In this document: positions 55,536-64,000 of the stretch, in pieces
How the letters are laid out: each line of letters opens with the position of its first letter
Position numbering within the stretch: position 1 is the stretch's first letter
Assembly: GCA_038046805.1 (NCBI GenBank)
Contig: JBBSVO010000003.1
Span: 147,120 to 211,119 of the forward strand
From: Candidatus Micrarchaeota archaeon
GTDB taxonomy: Archaea; Micrarchaeota; Micrarchaeia; Anstonellales; Bilamarchaeaceae
Length of the DNA stretch: 64,000 bases
Reading direction: 5' to 3'
Notes under the pieces: generated by a model
What the model saw: the letters and a program-made list of their open reading frames with translations, nothing else
The model's database searches: none
Told to the model about the DNA's origin: nothing
Program-made: the position numbers and the translations under genes

Positions 55536-56318
55536 ATGACACATAGAAAAGTAGAACCACCAAGATTGCTCACACTTCCTTCAGTATGGCATCCATTCAA
55601 AAGACGAGAAGTACTTGAGTACAATGGTCGGGAAATGCGCAGGGTTGAACGGGAATATGTTAGATTGGTAAACGAATACGAAATTCGGGCACGCGAATTA
55701 TCCGAATCTGGGCAATTTGTAAAGGCAGGTGCGGAATTGGACGAGGCTGCGGAACTTATGCGGAAAGCACACGAGTCATTCCCTGGAAGGAGATACGAGG
55801 AAAAGATGAATGCTCTCAAACATGCGGCAGAAGAAAAATATCGCCTTGAAAGTTCCGTACGCGGAACACCGGAAATCTCGGAGATGCGCGCTGACCATAA
55901 TGAGAGATGGGGAAAAGGGGTAGCACAATATTATAAAGGAGAGGCAAGGCAGCTAAGGGAACGCGAGGAAAGTGATAAGGAATTCCGCGCACTCATGGAC
56001 ATATATCGCATGGAAAGGGGGATTCTTGAGAATCGGGGAACCGTGGATGCGAAAACGATCTGGGGTATGTTCTGTACAATCCTTGAATTGCTTCCCAGGG
56101 CAGCCTTGGGTTTGGAGCGCGAGCACGTAGAGCTCCTGAAGCAGGATATTCAGAATTTGGCGGCAGATGTTTATGGGAATGGACCAGGGGCACAACAAAT
56201 AAATGAGAAAACGAAAAGGGTAACGCACTGTAAGGTGATGACTGCCGGCGAGCGGAAACGCAAGGCCCGGCGAGAAGGAGATATTTCCAGTTGGGCAAGA
56301 GATGTTTACCTCAGCTAA
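55536..56318 (+). CDS. Hypothetical helical protein
   Basis: 260-aa charged ORF. Confidence 0.55.
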   Translation: MTHRKVEPPRLLTLPSVWHPFKRREVLEYNGREMRRVEREYVRLVNEYEIRARELSESGQFVKAGAELDEAAELMRKAHESFPGRRYEEKMNALKHAAEEKYRLESSVRGTPEISEMRADHNERWGKGVAQYYKGEARQLREREESDKEFRALMDIYRMERGILENRGTVDAKTIWGMFCTILELLPRAALGLEREHVELLKQDIQNLAADVYGNGPGAQQINEKTKRVTHCKVMTAGERKRKARREGDISSWARDVYLS

Positions 56319-56366
56319 GCAACATCTTCTTTAATCTTTCAAATTCGTCCATGAAAGTAAACCAGA

Positions 56367-57299
56367 CTAGACATTTTTCAAGAATTGCGCGTAGACAAAC
56401 TCAACAAAAGGCTTTTCGGCCTTAGTTTCAACTGATTTTATCAAAACATCGAAGTAGCTTGCAGTTTCCTTTGAAATATTAAGTAATGGATAACCGCTGT
56501 CGAAAAGTGCCTTGTTCAGAAGCAGGCGGGAGATCCTCTTGTTGCCATCCTCAAATGGATGAATCATGTAAAAACGCAAGTGGAGCAGGGCAGCGAGCTC
56601 CAGTGCACTGAGTTTCCCAAGGTTTTCGTTGTACCATAAGATAAGTTTCCCCAGTTCTTTGGCAATAACCTTATGCCCCACGGGCCTAAAACCTATTTCT
56701 TCTACCTTATCGTAGCTTTTCAGGTATATGTATGCCTGTTTTTCACGCAACACGCCTGGTTTCCTTTCCTCAAAATCAGACATGATGATCCTGTGCAATT
56801 CTAGAATAAAATTGAGTGTCAGCCCTTTAGCACTTTCCTTGACGTACCTAAGCCCTTTTATCATGTCCAAGGCTACACGAAGGTTCTCATCCCTAATGTC
56901 CTTTACATTCTTTTGATTAAACTTATAGGCAAGATTCGCATCCTCTCTGGTTATTGGAATTCCTTCCGTTGATAATGTAGTATAAATAAAATTAACCGTA
57001 TCGATCTCTTCTTTTTCATCTTGTGCAGATTTGCCGAGCTTGGCCAATTTTTTTATGTAACGTCGCCTTCTTTTTTCGGCTTCTATGAGCTGCTCTTTGG
57101 TGAGATATACCGGGGTTACATTATCCAAAAGAAAAAGGTATATCTTATCCAATAGTTCACATTTCTTTTTTTCAACCTCGGCCTTGTTTGGGATTCTACG
57201 ACCTAAGAAAACCGAGAAAACCTTTGGACGTTCGAGCCGTATTGACTCTTCCAAATAGTAATACTCGTGTCCATTGACCAGCTTCGTGCGTATTTTCAT
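56367..57299 (-). CDS. Fic/Doc-domain protein with N-terminal YYYL domain
   Basis: HPFEDGNKRISR (Doc-like K in motif); N-terminus paralogous to 51384..52343. Confidence 0.88.
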   Translation of the reverse strand: MKIRTKLVNGHEYYYLEESIRLERPKVFSVFLGRRIPNKAEVEKKKCELLDKIYLFLLDNVTPVYLTKEQLIEAEKRRRRYIKKLAKLGKSAQDEKEEIDTVNFIYTTLSTEGIPITREDANLAYKFNQKNVKDIRDENLRVALDMIKGLRYVKESAKGLTLNFILELHRIIMSDFEERKPGVLREKQAYIYLKSYDKVEEIGFRPVGHKVIAKELGKLILWYNENLGKLSALELAALLHLRFYMIHPFEDGNKRISRLLLNKALFDSGYPLLNISKETASYFDVLIKSVETKAEKPFVEFVYAQFLKNV

Positions 57300-57325
57300 G
57301 GAATTAATTGGAAGCCAAGGTTATT

Positions 57326-57416
57326 AAACTTATCATACATTTTATATGTTAAATGTATGCCTAAAAATTACGTCTGAAAAACTTATCATACATTTTATAA
57401 CATAAAAGTAAGATAA
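57326..57416. promoter_or_regulatory. 21-bp direct repeats, each with a downstream inverted arm, upstream of Fic gene
   Basis: AAACTTATCATACATTTTATA at 57326 and 57379. Confidence 0.65.
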
Positions 57417-57417
57417 C

Positions 57418-59025
57418 TCATTGGCGACCAGCACAATTGAGATTGTAAATATCCATCCCAAACTCTTTGTTCTTCTCCAGTCTCCTTAGCAATTCATCCA
57501 TTACAATCTTTTTTACTTCCATGTATTTCTCCCGCCCAACCTCAACATTGGCAATAGCATACCGTTTGCTCTTCGTATTGAAACAAAACATGCAATTATC
57601 CAGATTCTCGGAATTATGGCAGAACATTGAGTTCGCGCAATTATTGCACCCGTTCATTTCTAGGCACGCAGTCATATTGGTGCAACCATGGCACCTTATG
57701 CAAAATTTTGAATGAACCGCACGCTGGCAACCAAATACGTTTTCCGAGGCAACTGCCATATTGCAATATGCGCAGTTTTTCGAATGCGCGCAATCCTCAA
57801 CCTGATAGCTGTTCGCAACGCAATAGGTGACATGAGACTCGATATTATTGACCGAATTTCCCTCGGTAACATTAGTCGGGAAAAAGGCGACGCCGGCAAG
57901 TTTTGCGGCAAGCTGGCCAAGCCCTAGTGTTTCGCCTTCCTTAAGCTCCATCTTCATTCTGGAAGCATGCTCGGATTCATGGCAGGAGATAACCCTGTCT
58001 TTTGGCACTGAACCGAAAAACGTAAATGAAGGAGAGAACCAGACCGTATTTCCAAACGAAGTTGGATGTGATTTAACTGAGTTTATTCCATGAGTAAGAA
58101 ACTTCTGGTTTTCATTTAGTCCGCCGATTTCTTTTCCGAATATTACCCTGCACGTGTCATGGAACGCAGTGTCGAGTTTGTTGAAGTCTTGTTCCGGCAG
58201 TTTGAACGCAAATTTCGGCATAACTGGAGCTTTTGGCATTCCGGGAATTACGAACGGCGGATAGAACCTTTTGTGTTTCTCGATATATTCACGAATCTCC
58301 ACAATGAGCTTGTCCTTTAATTGCAAATATCGTTCTCTCGGCAATTCGAGATTCCCGATGCAGTATCGCTTTCCCTTTTGGTTAAATGAAAACATAAGGT
58401 GCGCGCAATCAAAATTGTAATAACTGCAGTAAACATCAGATACCGACGCGGAAAAATACGATTCAAAGGCGCGGATAAGCGTTCCTTCAATCACGTGTAT
58501 TGCATATTTACTGCTCGGGGAATATGCGCATCCGAATGTGTATTCCGCCCCGTCCCGCATGTAAGAAGAATACGCCACATATTTTGAGCCGTGAATGTTG
58601 TGCGAATTCTTTACGCAGAAACTGTCAACGCAATTGTCGCTGATTTCGATTTGTTCCGAACGTCCGAATTTCTTGTTTCCAGTATAAATTACTCTTTCCT
58701 GTATCGCCTCAACAATGGAATCAACGTCCTTTATTTCATTAATTCCGAGAGGATTGAACGGCGCACCGTTCAAATTTTGAAAAAACAGTGGTTTTTTCAA
58801 CGGCTCGAATTTTTTGTTCCAGTCAATCTCGTCCTGTGAAATAAATTTTGCGGTTTCAAGATAGCTCGAACTGGAGACCATAACTGGTTTTCCTGATACT
58901 GAGGATGTTTTTTGCCCAAGCGGAACCTGGTAACTGAGCAGCCAATCCTTTACTTCATCCATCTCCACGTTGCACTCACCCAAAAGAAGCTTGTACGTGA
59001 ATTTGAATGCCTGATTGATGTCCAT
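57418..59025 (-). CDS. Cys-rich internally duplicated repeat protein carrying a 17-aa palindrome-derived insertion
   Basis: Paralog of 27336..28940 (EIKDVDSI vs EVKDIDSI; CFNTKSKRYAIANVEVG vs CFNTRNKRYAIGNVEVG). Confidence 0.75.
   Translation of the reverse strand: MDINQAFKFTYKLLLGECNVEMDEVKDWLLSYQVPLGQKTSSVSGKPVMVSSSSYLETAKFISQDEIDWNKKFEPLKKPLFFQNLNGAPFNPLGINEIKDVDSIVEAIQERVIYTGNKKFGRSEQIEISDNCVDSFCVKNSHNIHGSKYVAYSSYMRDGAEYTFGCAYSPSSKYAIHVIEGTLIRAFESYFSASVSDVYCSYYNFDCAHLMFSFNQKGKRYCIGNLELPRERYLQLKDKLIVEIREYIEKHKRFYPPFVIPGMPKAPVMPKFAFKLPEQDFNKLDTAFHDTCRVIFGKEIGGLNENQKFLTHGINSVKSHPTSFGNTVWFSPSFTFFGSVPKDRVISCHESEHASRMKMELKEGETLGLGQLAAKLAGVAFFPTNVTEGNSVNNIESHVTYCVANSYQVEDCAHSKNCAYCNMAVASENVFGCQRAVHSKFCIRCHGCTNMTACLEMNGCNNCANSMFCHNSENLDNCMFCFNTKSKRYAIANVEVGREKYMEVKKIVMDELLRRLEKNKEFGMDIYNLNCAGRQ
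58747..58800. repeat. In-frame double-hairpin insertion related to family A
   Basis: TTGAACGG-CGCA-CCGTTCAA and TTGAAAAAAC-AGTG-GTTTTTTCAA; absent in the paralog. Confidence 0.7.
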
Positions 59026-59063
59026 GAATTGATTATGTATTACATTATATTTTAATTCTAACA

Positions 59064-59103
59064 ATCAAAAATTGCACAAAATACGAATATTTTATAAAGA
59101 AAT
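59064..59103 (+). promoter_or_regulatory. Conserved promoter/operator upstream of tandem Lrp gene (copy 2)
   Basis: ATCAAAAATTGCACAAAATACGAATATTTTATAAAGAAAT matches 2526-2565. Confidence 0.55.
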
Positions 59104-59120
59104 CTCATTATAATTAATAT

Positions 59121-60107
59121 ATGACTGGACAAGTTGCTGGACAGATTGAACTAGATACGCTGGACAGAAGAATTATGTACGAACTGGACCTGAACGCACG
59201 GATAAGCGCGTCCCAGCTAGCAAAAAAACTCAGAAAGAGCAAGGAAACGATAAATTTCAGGATAACCCGGCTGCTTAAGGAGAAGTACGTCAAAGGATTC
59301 TACGCAGTGCTCAATATCGCCAAGCTGGGCTGGTTTTATTACAAGCTTTACCTCAAATTCAATCCAATTTCACCTGAAAAGGAAAATGAAATCATAGAAT
59401 ACATAAAGACCCAGGATTACATCGCATATCTTGCGAGCATGGAGGGAAAATACGACTGCATCCTGCTCTTTATGGCAAAGGATGCTATAGGCATGCTTGA
59501 TTTTCTTTATCCATTCATGAAGAAGTACGGTGATCTCATACGGGAAAAGGACTTGGTATCGTTTATCGGTGCAAGGCGCCTAAACGAGCGGTTTCTTTAC
59601 GCAGGGGAAAAAAGACAAAGCCTGGATTATTCCTTTGAACTCGGAAACTACGAGACAGATGAACTTGACGAGCGCATTCTCCGGGTTCTGGCAAGCGAGG
59701 CGCGAATCCCTTTGACAGGGCTTGCAAAAAGGGCATATTCCAACCCAAAGGCAGTGAAATACCACATGAAAAAGCTGGAGAAAGAGGGGATAATACTTGG
59801 ATATGCAAGCTCCCCAAATTTCGACAGGCTTGGATTGCAGTTCATCCAGATAAACATCTCATTGGTGGATCCGACCGCAAAGCCCGCGATAATAGAATAT
59901 TTCGATTCCACGAACAAATGCCTGTTCGTGCTTGAGTATCTTGGCAAATATGATCTGGGCGTAGAGCTTCATCTCAAGAACCATGATGAACTTAACTCAA
60001 TTTTGGATAGCTTCAGGGAGAAATTTTCAGATAAGTATTACGATTACGATGTTGCCACAATACCAAAAGAGCACGTAGTTATATGGGGTCCGTTTTCAAA
60101 AGTCTGA
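59121..60107 (+). CDS. Tandem Lrp/AsnC-family transcriptional regulator
   Basis: LDTLDRRIMYELDLNARIS... and second unit DELDERILRVLASEARIP; paralog of 2583..3596. Confidence 0.88.
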   Translation: MTGQVAGQIELDTLDRRIMYELDLNARISASQLAKKLRKSKETINFRITRLLKEKYVKGFYAVLNIAKLGWFYYKLYLKFNPISPEKENEIIEYIKTQDYIAYLASMEGKYDCILLFMAKDAIGMLDFLYPFMKKYGDLIREKDLVSFIGARRLNERFLYAGEKRQSLDYSFELGNYETDELDERILRVLASEARIPLTGLAKRAYSNPKAVKYHMKKLEKEGIILGYASSPNFDRLGLQFIQINISLVDPTAKPAIIEYFDSTNKCLFVLEYLGKYDLGVELHLKNHDELNSILDSFREKFSDKYYDYDVATIPKEHVVIWGPFSKV

Positions 60108-60118
60108 TTCAATGCGTC

Positions 60119-62824
60119 TTATCTCCTCTCCCCATATTCCCCTTTGAACTGCTCATATTCGCCAAGCATTGCTTTGGTTACCGAGGGCCTTCTTGTCTTT
60201 ATTATCGCAAGCAGAGATTCAGCTGTTATCTTTGCGTCTCTTCCCCCTATCTTTGCCCTCACTGCCTGCATTTTCGCTTCCTGTGCAATTCCGGCAATAT
60301 CTGCACCGGTGAAACCTTCTGACGCATCTGCCAGCGCTGCTAAGTTTAGCCCTTCTGCAAACTTTCCAAGATGAATTTTGAACATCTCCGCACGCCCGGC
60401 ATTGTCTGGAGGAGAGATATAAAATATCTTGTCAAAACGTCCCGGACGCAGGATGGCAGAATCTAATATGCTCGGCCGGTTTGTTGCACCCAACACCACG
60501 ACACCTTTTAGTTCCTTCAAACCGTCCATTTCCGTAAGTAACTGCCCTACTACCTCGCTCGTTCCTATTCCGCGCTGCGGCGCAAACGTCTCAATTTCAT
60601 CAACAAAAATTATTGCTGGCGCATTCTCTCTTGCACGGTTGAATGCTTCCTTAATCACTGTAACGGCCTGAGTATAACCGAGTTTCATTATCTCTGCGCC
60701 GCTCAACACCTGGAAAGATGCTTTCAATTCACCGCTCGCAGCCTTTGCCATTAGTGTTTTTCCACAACCCGGAGGGCCGAACAGCAAAATTCCCTTGCTT
60801 GGCTTTACTTTGAATTCCTTCATTAAATCTTCTCTGAGGAGCGGAAGTTCCAGGGTTTCAAGAAGCGCTTGTTTCACGTCGCCAAGTCCGGCAACATCCT
60901 CCCATTTGACAATCTCGCCTTGCCCTTCTTCGTCTTTTCCGTCTTCCTTTCCGCCGCCGCTTCTTCTTTCAAAATCCATTTTGAACCGTTCGAAATCCTC
61001 AAGCTGTGCGATCCCAGTGCTTGGTTTTGTCCGCTTTAGCACTGAAAGAAAATGTTCCATAGAAACAAGAACTATTTTTCCTGTTTTGCCTGCTTCTTTT
61101 GCCGCAAGTCCGGTTGCTTCATCAACAACGTTCTTTAGGTCAGCACCAGAGAAACGTTCGGTCTTCACTGCCAGCTTTTCAAAGTCCAGGTCATCATCTA
61201 CAGGAACTTTTCGTGTATGGACCTTTAGAATTGCTTCGCGCCCTTCTTTTTCCGGAAGATGCATGTAGATTATTTTATCAAATCTTCCAGGACGCAAAAT
61301 TGCAGAATCAAGCTGTTGTGGAACATTTGTTGCACCCATCACCAGAACCATTTTCCCCTTTTTCTTTCCTGCGCCATCCATTTCCTGAAGGAATATACTC
61401 AATACGCGTGGCGTTACATCATCTGCTCCATAAGAAGTTCTTTTCTTCGCAAGCGCGTCTATTTCATCAAAGAACATTATGCAAGGTGCATTCTTTCTGG
61501 CAGATGTGAAGATTTCAGCCACATTTCTCTCGGATTCACCCATCCATTGGCTCAGGATATCCGAACTCTTCACATAATAAAACGGATATTTCAATTCCTT
61601 TGCAAGCGCGCGCATGAGCATTGTTTTACCAGTACCTGGAGGGCCAAACATCAGAATGCCGCTCGGTGGTTTTAGTCCGTACGTGATTGCAATTTCCTTT
61701 TTCTCAAGCGGAACAACAATAGAATCGCGAAGCTCCTGTTTAACATCCTCATAATTTCCTATGTCATCCAGAGACTTCTCACTTGAGCCAAGTGCCATGT
61801 CCTCGAATCCGAATTTCCCGAATGATTTCATTTTTTCCTTGTGCGTTTCTTCTACTTCGTGGCTTATCTGCACCCCGGATTGTTCGAGCGCACCAACGAT
61901 TGCTATTGTCGCGATAACCGCACCGGCCAATTCAAAACTGAACATTCCCGGTATTATTGTTCCGAAAATGAAATATGCGAGCGGAACAAAAAATAAAATC
62001 AGGCTTGATATCAACTGAGTTCTCTTTCCTTTCATTGTGCCAGACATATAGCTTATCCCATACAGTGCAATTAACCAAATTATTGCCTGCAAGAGCCCGC
62101 TATCCGCAAATAAAACTGAGAGAAGATTTCCGAGAGAGTGTCCCATTGCCTGCGGAAGATTTGCAACACTTTCAGAAGAGAATAACCCTCCAAGTGAAGT
62201 TGCCACAGCCGTTGGGATGCCAAGCAATTCTATTGGTTCTTTTGTCAGCATCATCGGGGAATATGAAGGATATTTCAGAAGTGAAACCGGAAGGAACGCA
62301 CTGTTTTGTACCATCCATACAGAAGAAAGGAACAGAATCGCAAGAACAGATGGAATGGAAATCATCGCACTTTTTCTTGAGCCGAAATGAAATGCACCAA
62401 GTACCATACCAAGTATGCTTATCCATCCAAAAAGAGGAAGCTGACCAAATGCAAAAGGCGCGAATATCAATACTTCAAGTGTTGAAATAACATTCCATCT
62501 TTCAAACATCTCAAAAAGAACTATCGCGAGCACCAGAAGGAATAACAGACCGAAAACCGAGGACTGAAATGCAACTGCGGGAATTACAAAAACGATTGAA
62601 AGAAGCGTTCCGAGCGGCGGGGATTTATATGCTGCAATCCCGCAAACCGCTGCCAATGCAACAACAACGTAAATCGGATAAAACGGGAATGTTCCCAAAA
62701 CGAAAAGCGCACCTAGAAAAACAAGCAATGCGTTCCAGATTCCCTCGTTTTCCTGCATAAGCCTCAGGGTTGCCACTACCTTTTGGCCTTCCAATGATTT
62801 TCCCTTTAACTTAGAGGCTGGCAT
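60119..62824 (-). CDS. Double-AAA ATPase (Cdc48/VCP-like D1+D2) fused to a polytopic membrane N-terminal domain
   Basis: ~320-aa hydrophobic N-terminus; GPPGTGKT/FFDEID/RPGRFD and GPPGCGKT/FVDEIE/RPGRFD. Confidence 0.9.
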   Translation of the reverse strand: MPASKLKGKSLEGQKVVATLRLMQENEGIWNALLVFLGALFVLGTFPFYPIYVVVALAAVCGIAAYKSPPLGTLLSIVFVIPAVAFQSSVFGLLFLLVLAIVLFEMFERWNVISTLEVLIFAPFAFGQLPLFGWISILGMVLGAFHFGSRKSAMISIPSVLAILFLSSVWMVQNSAFLPVSLLKYPSYSPMMLTKEPIELLGIPTAVATSLGGLFSSESVANLPQAMGHSLGNLLSVLFADSGLLQAIIWLIALYGISYMSGTMKGKRTQLISSLILFFVPLAYFIFGTIIPGMFSFELAGAVIATIAIVGALEQSGVQISHEVEETHKEKMKSFGKFGFEDMALGSSEKSLDDIGNYEDVKQELRDSIVVPLEKKEIAITYGLKPPSGILMFGPPGTGKTMLMRALAKELKYPFYYVKSSDILSQWMGESERNVAEIFTSARKNAPCIMFFDEIDALAKKRTSYGADDVTPRVLSIFLQEMDGAGKKKGKMVLVMGATNVPQQLDSAILRPGRFDKIIYMHLPEKEGREAILKVHTRKVPVDDDLDFEKLAVKTERFSGADLKNVVDEATGLAAKEAGKTGKIVLVSMEHFLSVLKRTKPSTGIAQLEDFERFKMDFERRSGGGKEDGKDEEGQGEIVKWEDVAGLGDVKQALLETLELPLLREDLMKEFKVKPSKGILLFGPPGCGKTLMAKAASGELKASFQVLSGAEIMKLGYTQAVTVIKEAFNRARENAPAIIFVDEIETFAPQRGIGTSEVVGQLLTEMDGLKELKGVVVLGATNRPSILDSAILRPGRFDKIFYISPPDNAGRAEMFKIHLGKFAEGLNLAALADASEGFTGADIAGIAQEAKMQAVRAKIGGRDAKITAESLLAIIKTRRPSVTKAMLGEYEQFKGEYGERR

Positions 62825-62861
62825 GATAACACAAATGCGGGAATGTTTATATTTGTATTAG

Positions 62862-63368
62862 CTAACTGGAATTTATTGCTGCTGCAACCGCGTTCTCAGT
62901 TACTCCATAGGTTATCAAAGCAAGTATTGCAAATAAGGGATAGATTACCCATGTATAGCCAGCATAACTGCTTTTTGATATTAGTGGAGAAACATTAAGA
63001 TATGTCGATATGAGAAGAACGAGAACATTTAGGACATGCCGCTGAAGATGTATTCCATTCCAAACATCATAGTTTCCGTAAACCACATTGTTAGTTTCAT
63101 CAAGATACGCACCGGGAGTATAACCCGCAGTGTCAATTATTGTTTTTCCAAGAAATATTTGCTCGATTGCCGGGCTGACTGCAAACAACCATGCAACAAG
63201 CATCATCCCAAATGCAATCCAGTTTATACCTTTGAATTCTATTTCGTAGAATGCTTTTTTTCCCTCAATTTCATTCATTAATCCTGAGGAAATGAAATAG
63301 AAGATAGCATATATCAAAAGGCTTACCAAAAGAAAAAACAATTTTAGAGAGATTAATCCTGCATCCAT
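62862..63368 (-). CDS. Multi-TM membrane protein (paralog of 63375..63842)
   Basis: Shared LVAWLFAVSPA and RH..N..VL.I..Y.N.SP motifs. Confidence 0.75.
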   Translation of the reverse strand: MDAGLISLKLFFLLVSLLIYAIFYFISSGLMNEIEGKKAFYEIEFKGINWIAFGMMLVAWLFAVSPAIEQIFLGKTIIDTAGYTPGAYLDETNNVVYGNYDVWNGIHLQRHVLNVLVLLISTYLNVSPLISKSSYAGYTWVIYPLFAILALITYGVTENAVAAAINSS

Positions 63369-63374
63369 ATTTTA

Positions 63375-63842
63375 TCACCCCGAATCTGCAAACACGGGTT
63401 TTCCCGTAACAATGACCGATACAAGCATTTCTGTAAATGCGTAAGCAGTTAGAATAAGTATTACTCCTGTTATAACTGTAAATAAATCCAGTGCACTTGC
63501 TTCACTTTTTTTCGCAAGACCAACCAGTTCAAGAACAGGGCTATTGTTCGCATATGCTCCGATAGATAATACTGCTAAATTTATCGCATGCCTTTTCATA
63601 TCCCAGATATCAAATTGGACCTGTTTTCCAAGCAAATGGTCCACGGCCGGACTTACTGCAAAAAGCCAGGCAACCAGAAACAACGAGATTACTTTCATAT
63701 CCCCGACAAAACTATCCCAATCCGTCGCTGGTTTTTTTGCACTTTCTTCAACGCTAATCTGGGTTGTCATCCAGACAGTTATATAAAAAATAATTGTCAT
63801 TCCAAGAAGCAACAACTTCCATAGAAGTTTCGCGAGATCCAT
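63375..63842 (-). CDS. Multi-TM membrane protein (paralog of 62862..63368)
   Basis: Shared LVAWLFAVSPA and RH..N..VL.I..Y.N.SP motifs; GAGG RBS. Confidence 0.75.
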   Translation of the reverse strand: MDLAKLLWKLLLLGMTIIFYITVWMTTQISVEESAKKPATDWDSFVGDMKVISLFLVAWLFAVSPAVDHLLGKQVQFDIWDMKRHAINLAVLSIGAYANNSPVLELVGLAKKSEASALDLFTVITGVILILTAYAFTEMLVSVIVTGKPVFADSG

Positions 63843-63901
63843 GCCTCAAATCCCCGCGCAACCCTTTTAATAATTAACTATGTAGGTATACCGGTGAATA
63901 C

Positions 63902-64000
63902 ATGGTTCAGGATGCTGCGCTTTCGAAACCGAGAACAGGAACAATCGGAGTTTTCAATCAGTTTTTTTCCAATAAACAGGATGGACGAGCCGGAGTAAAG
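63902..64000 (+). CDS. Start of an ORF running off the window
   Basis: GGTGA RBS, ATG 63902, open to the window end. Confidence 0.45.
   Translation, partial: MVQDAALSKPRTGTIGVFNQFFSNKQDGRAGVK

Noticed and set aside
58740..58812. BHB-type mRNA intron
   Set aside because: The flanks can pair, but I could not build a 3-4-3 bulge-helix-bulge whose cleavage preserves the reading frame

Overview
64-kb archaeal chromosomal window, most likely DPANN and Micrarchaeota-like. This is inferred from class I LysRS, TFE, aIF2-gamma, eS6, Cdc6/Orc1, Dph6, GGTGA-type ribosome-binding sites, tandem-Lrp regulators and tRNAs with non-canonical introns. Housekeeping genes (lysS, sua5, purM, purB, pyrF, rpiA, cysS, cdc6, tfe) alternate with accessory blocks: a PIN toxin-antitoxin pair plus an orphan half-antitoxin, a five-gene VirB4/HerA-ATPase membrane cluster, a copper/thiol cluster ending in CopA and a P2-type ATPase, two Fic genes, two paralogous Cys-rich repeat proteins, and a polytopic membrane double-AAA ATPase with two paralogous membrane partners. 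Features I found that are not in the ORF track: tRNA-Asp(GTC) with two introns (15/16, 59/60); tRNA-Trp(CCA) with three introns (15/16, 37/38, 59/60); tRNA-Ser(GCT); two ~40-aa metallothionein-like micro-ORFs; a gene interrupted by an in-frame TGA. The most striking feature is a dispersed family of modular, branched palindromic elements with compensatory base changes. One copy is nested inside a second repeat family, and a related double hairpin sits in-frame inside a protein-coding gene. No CRISPR array or transposase was seen. All annotations come from reading motifs by eye; no database searches were run.
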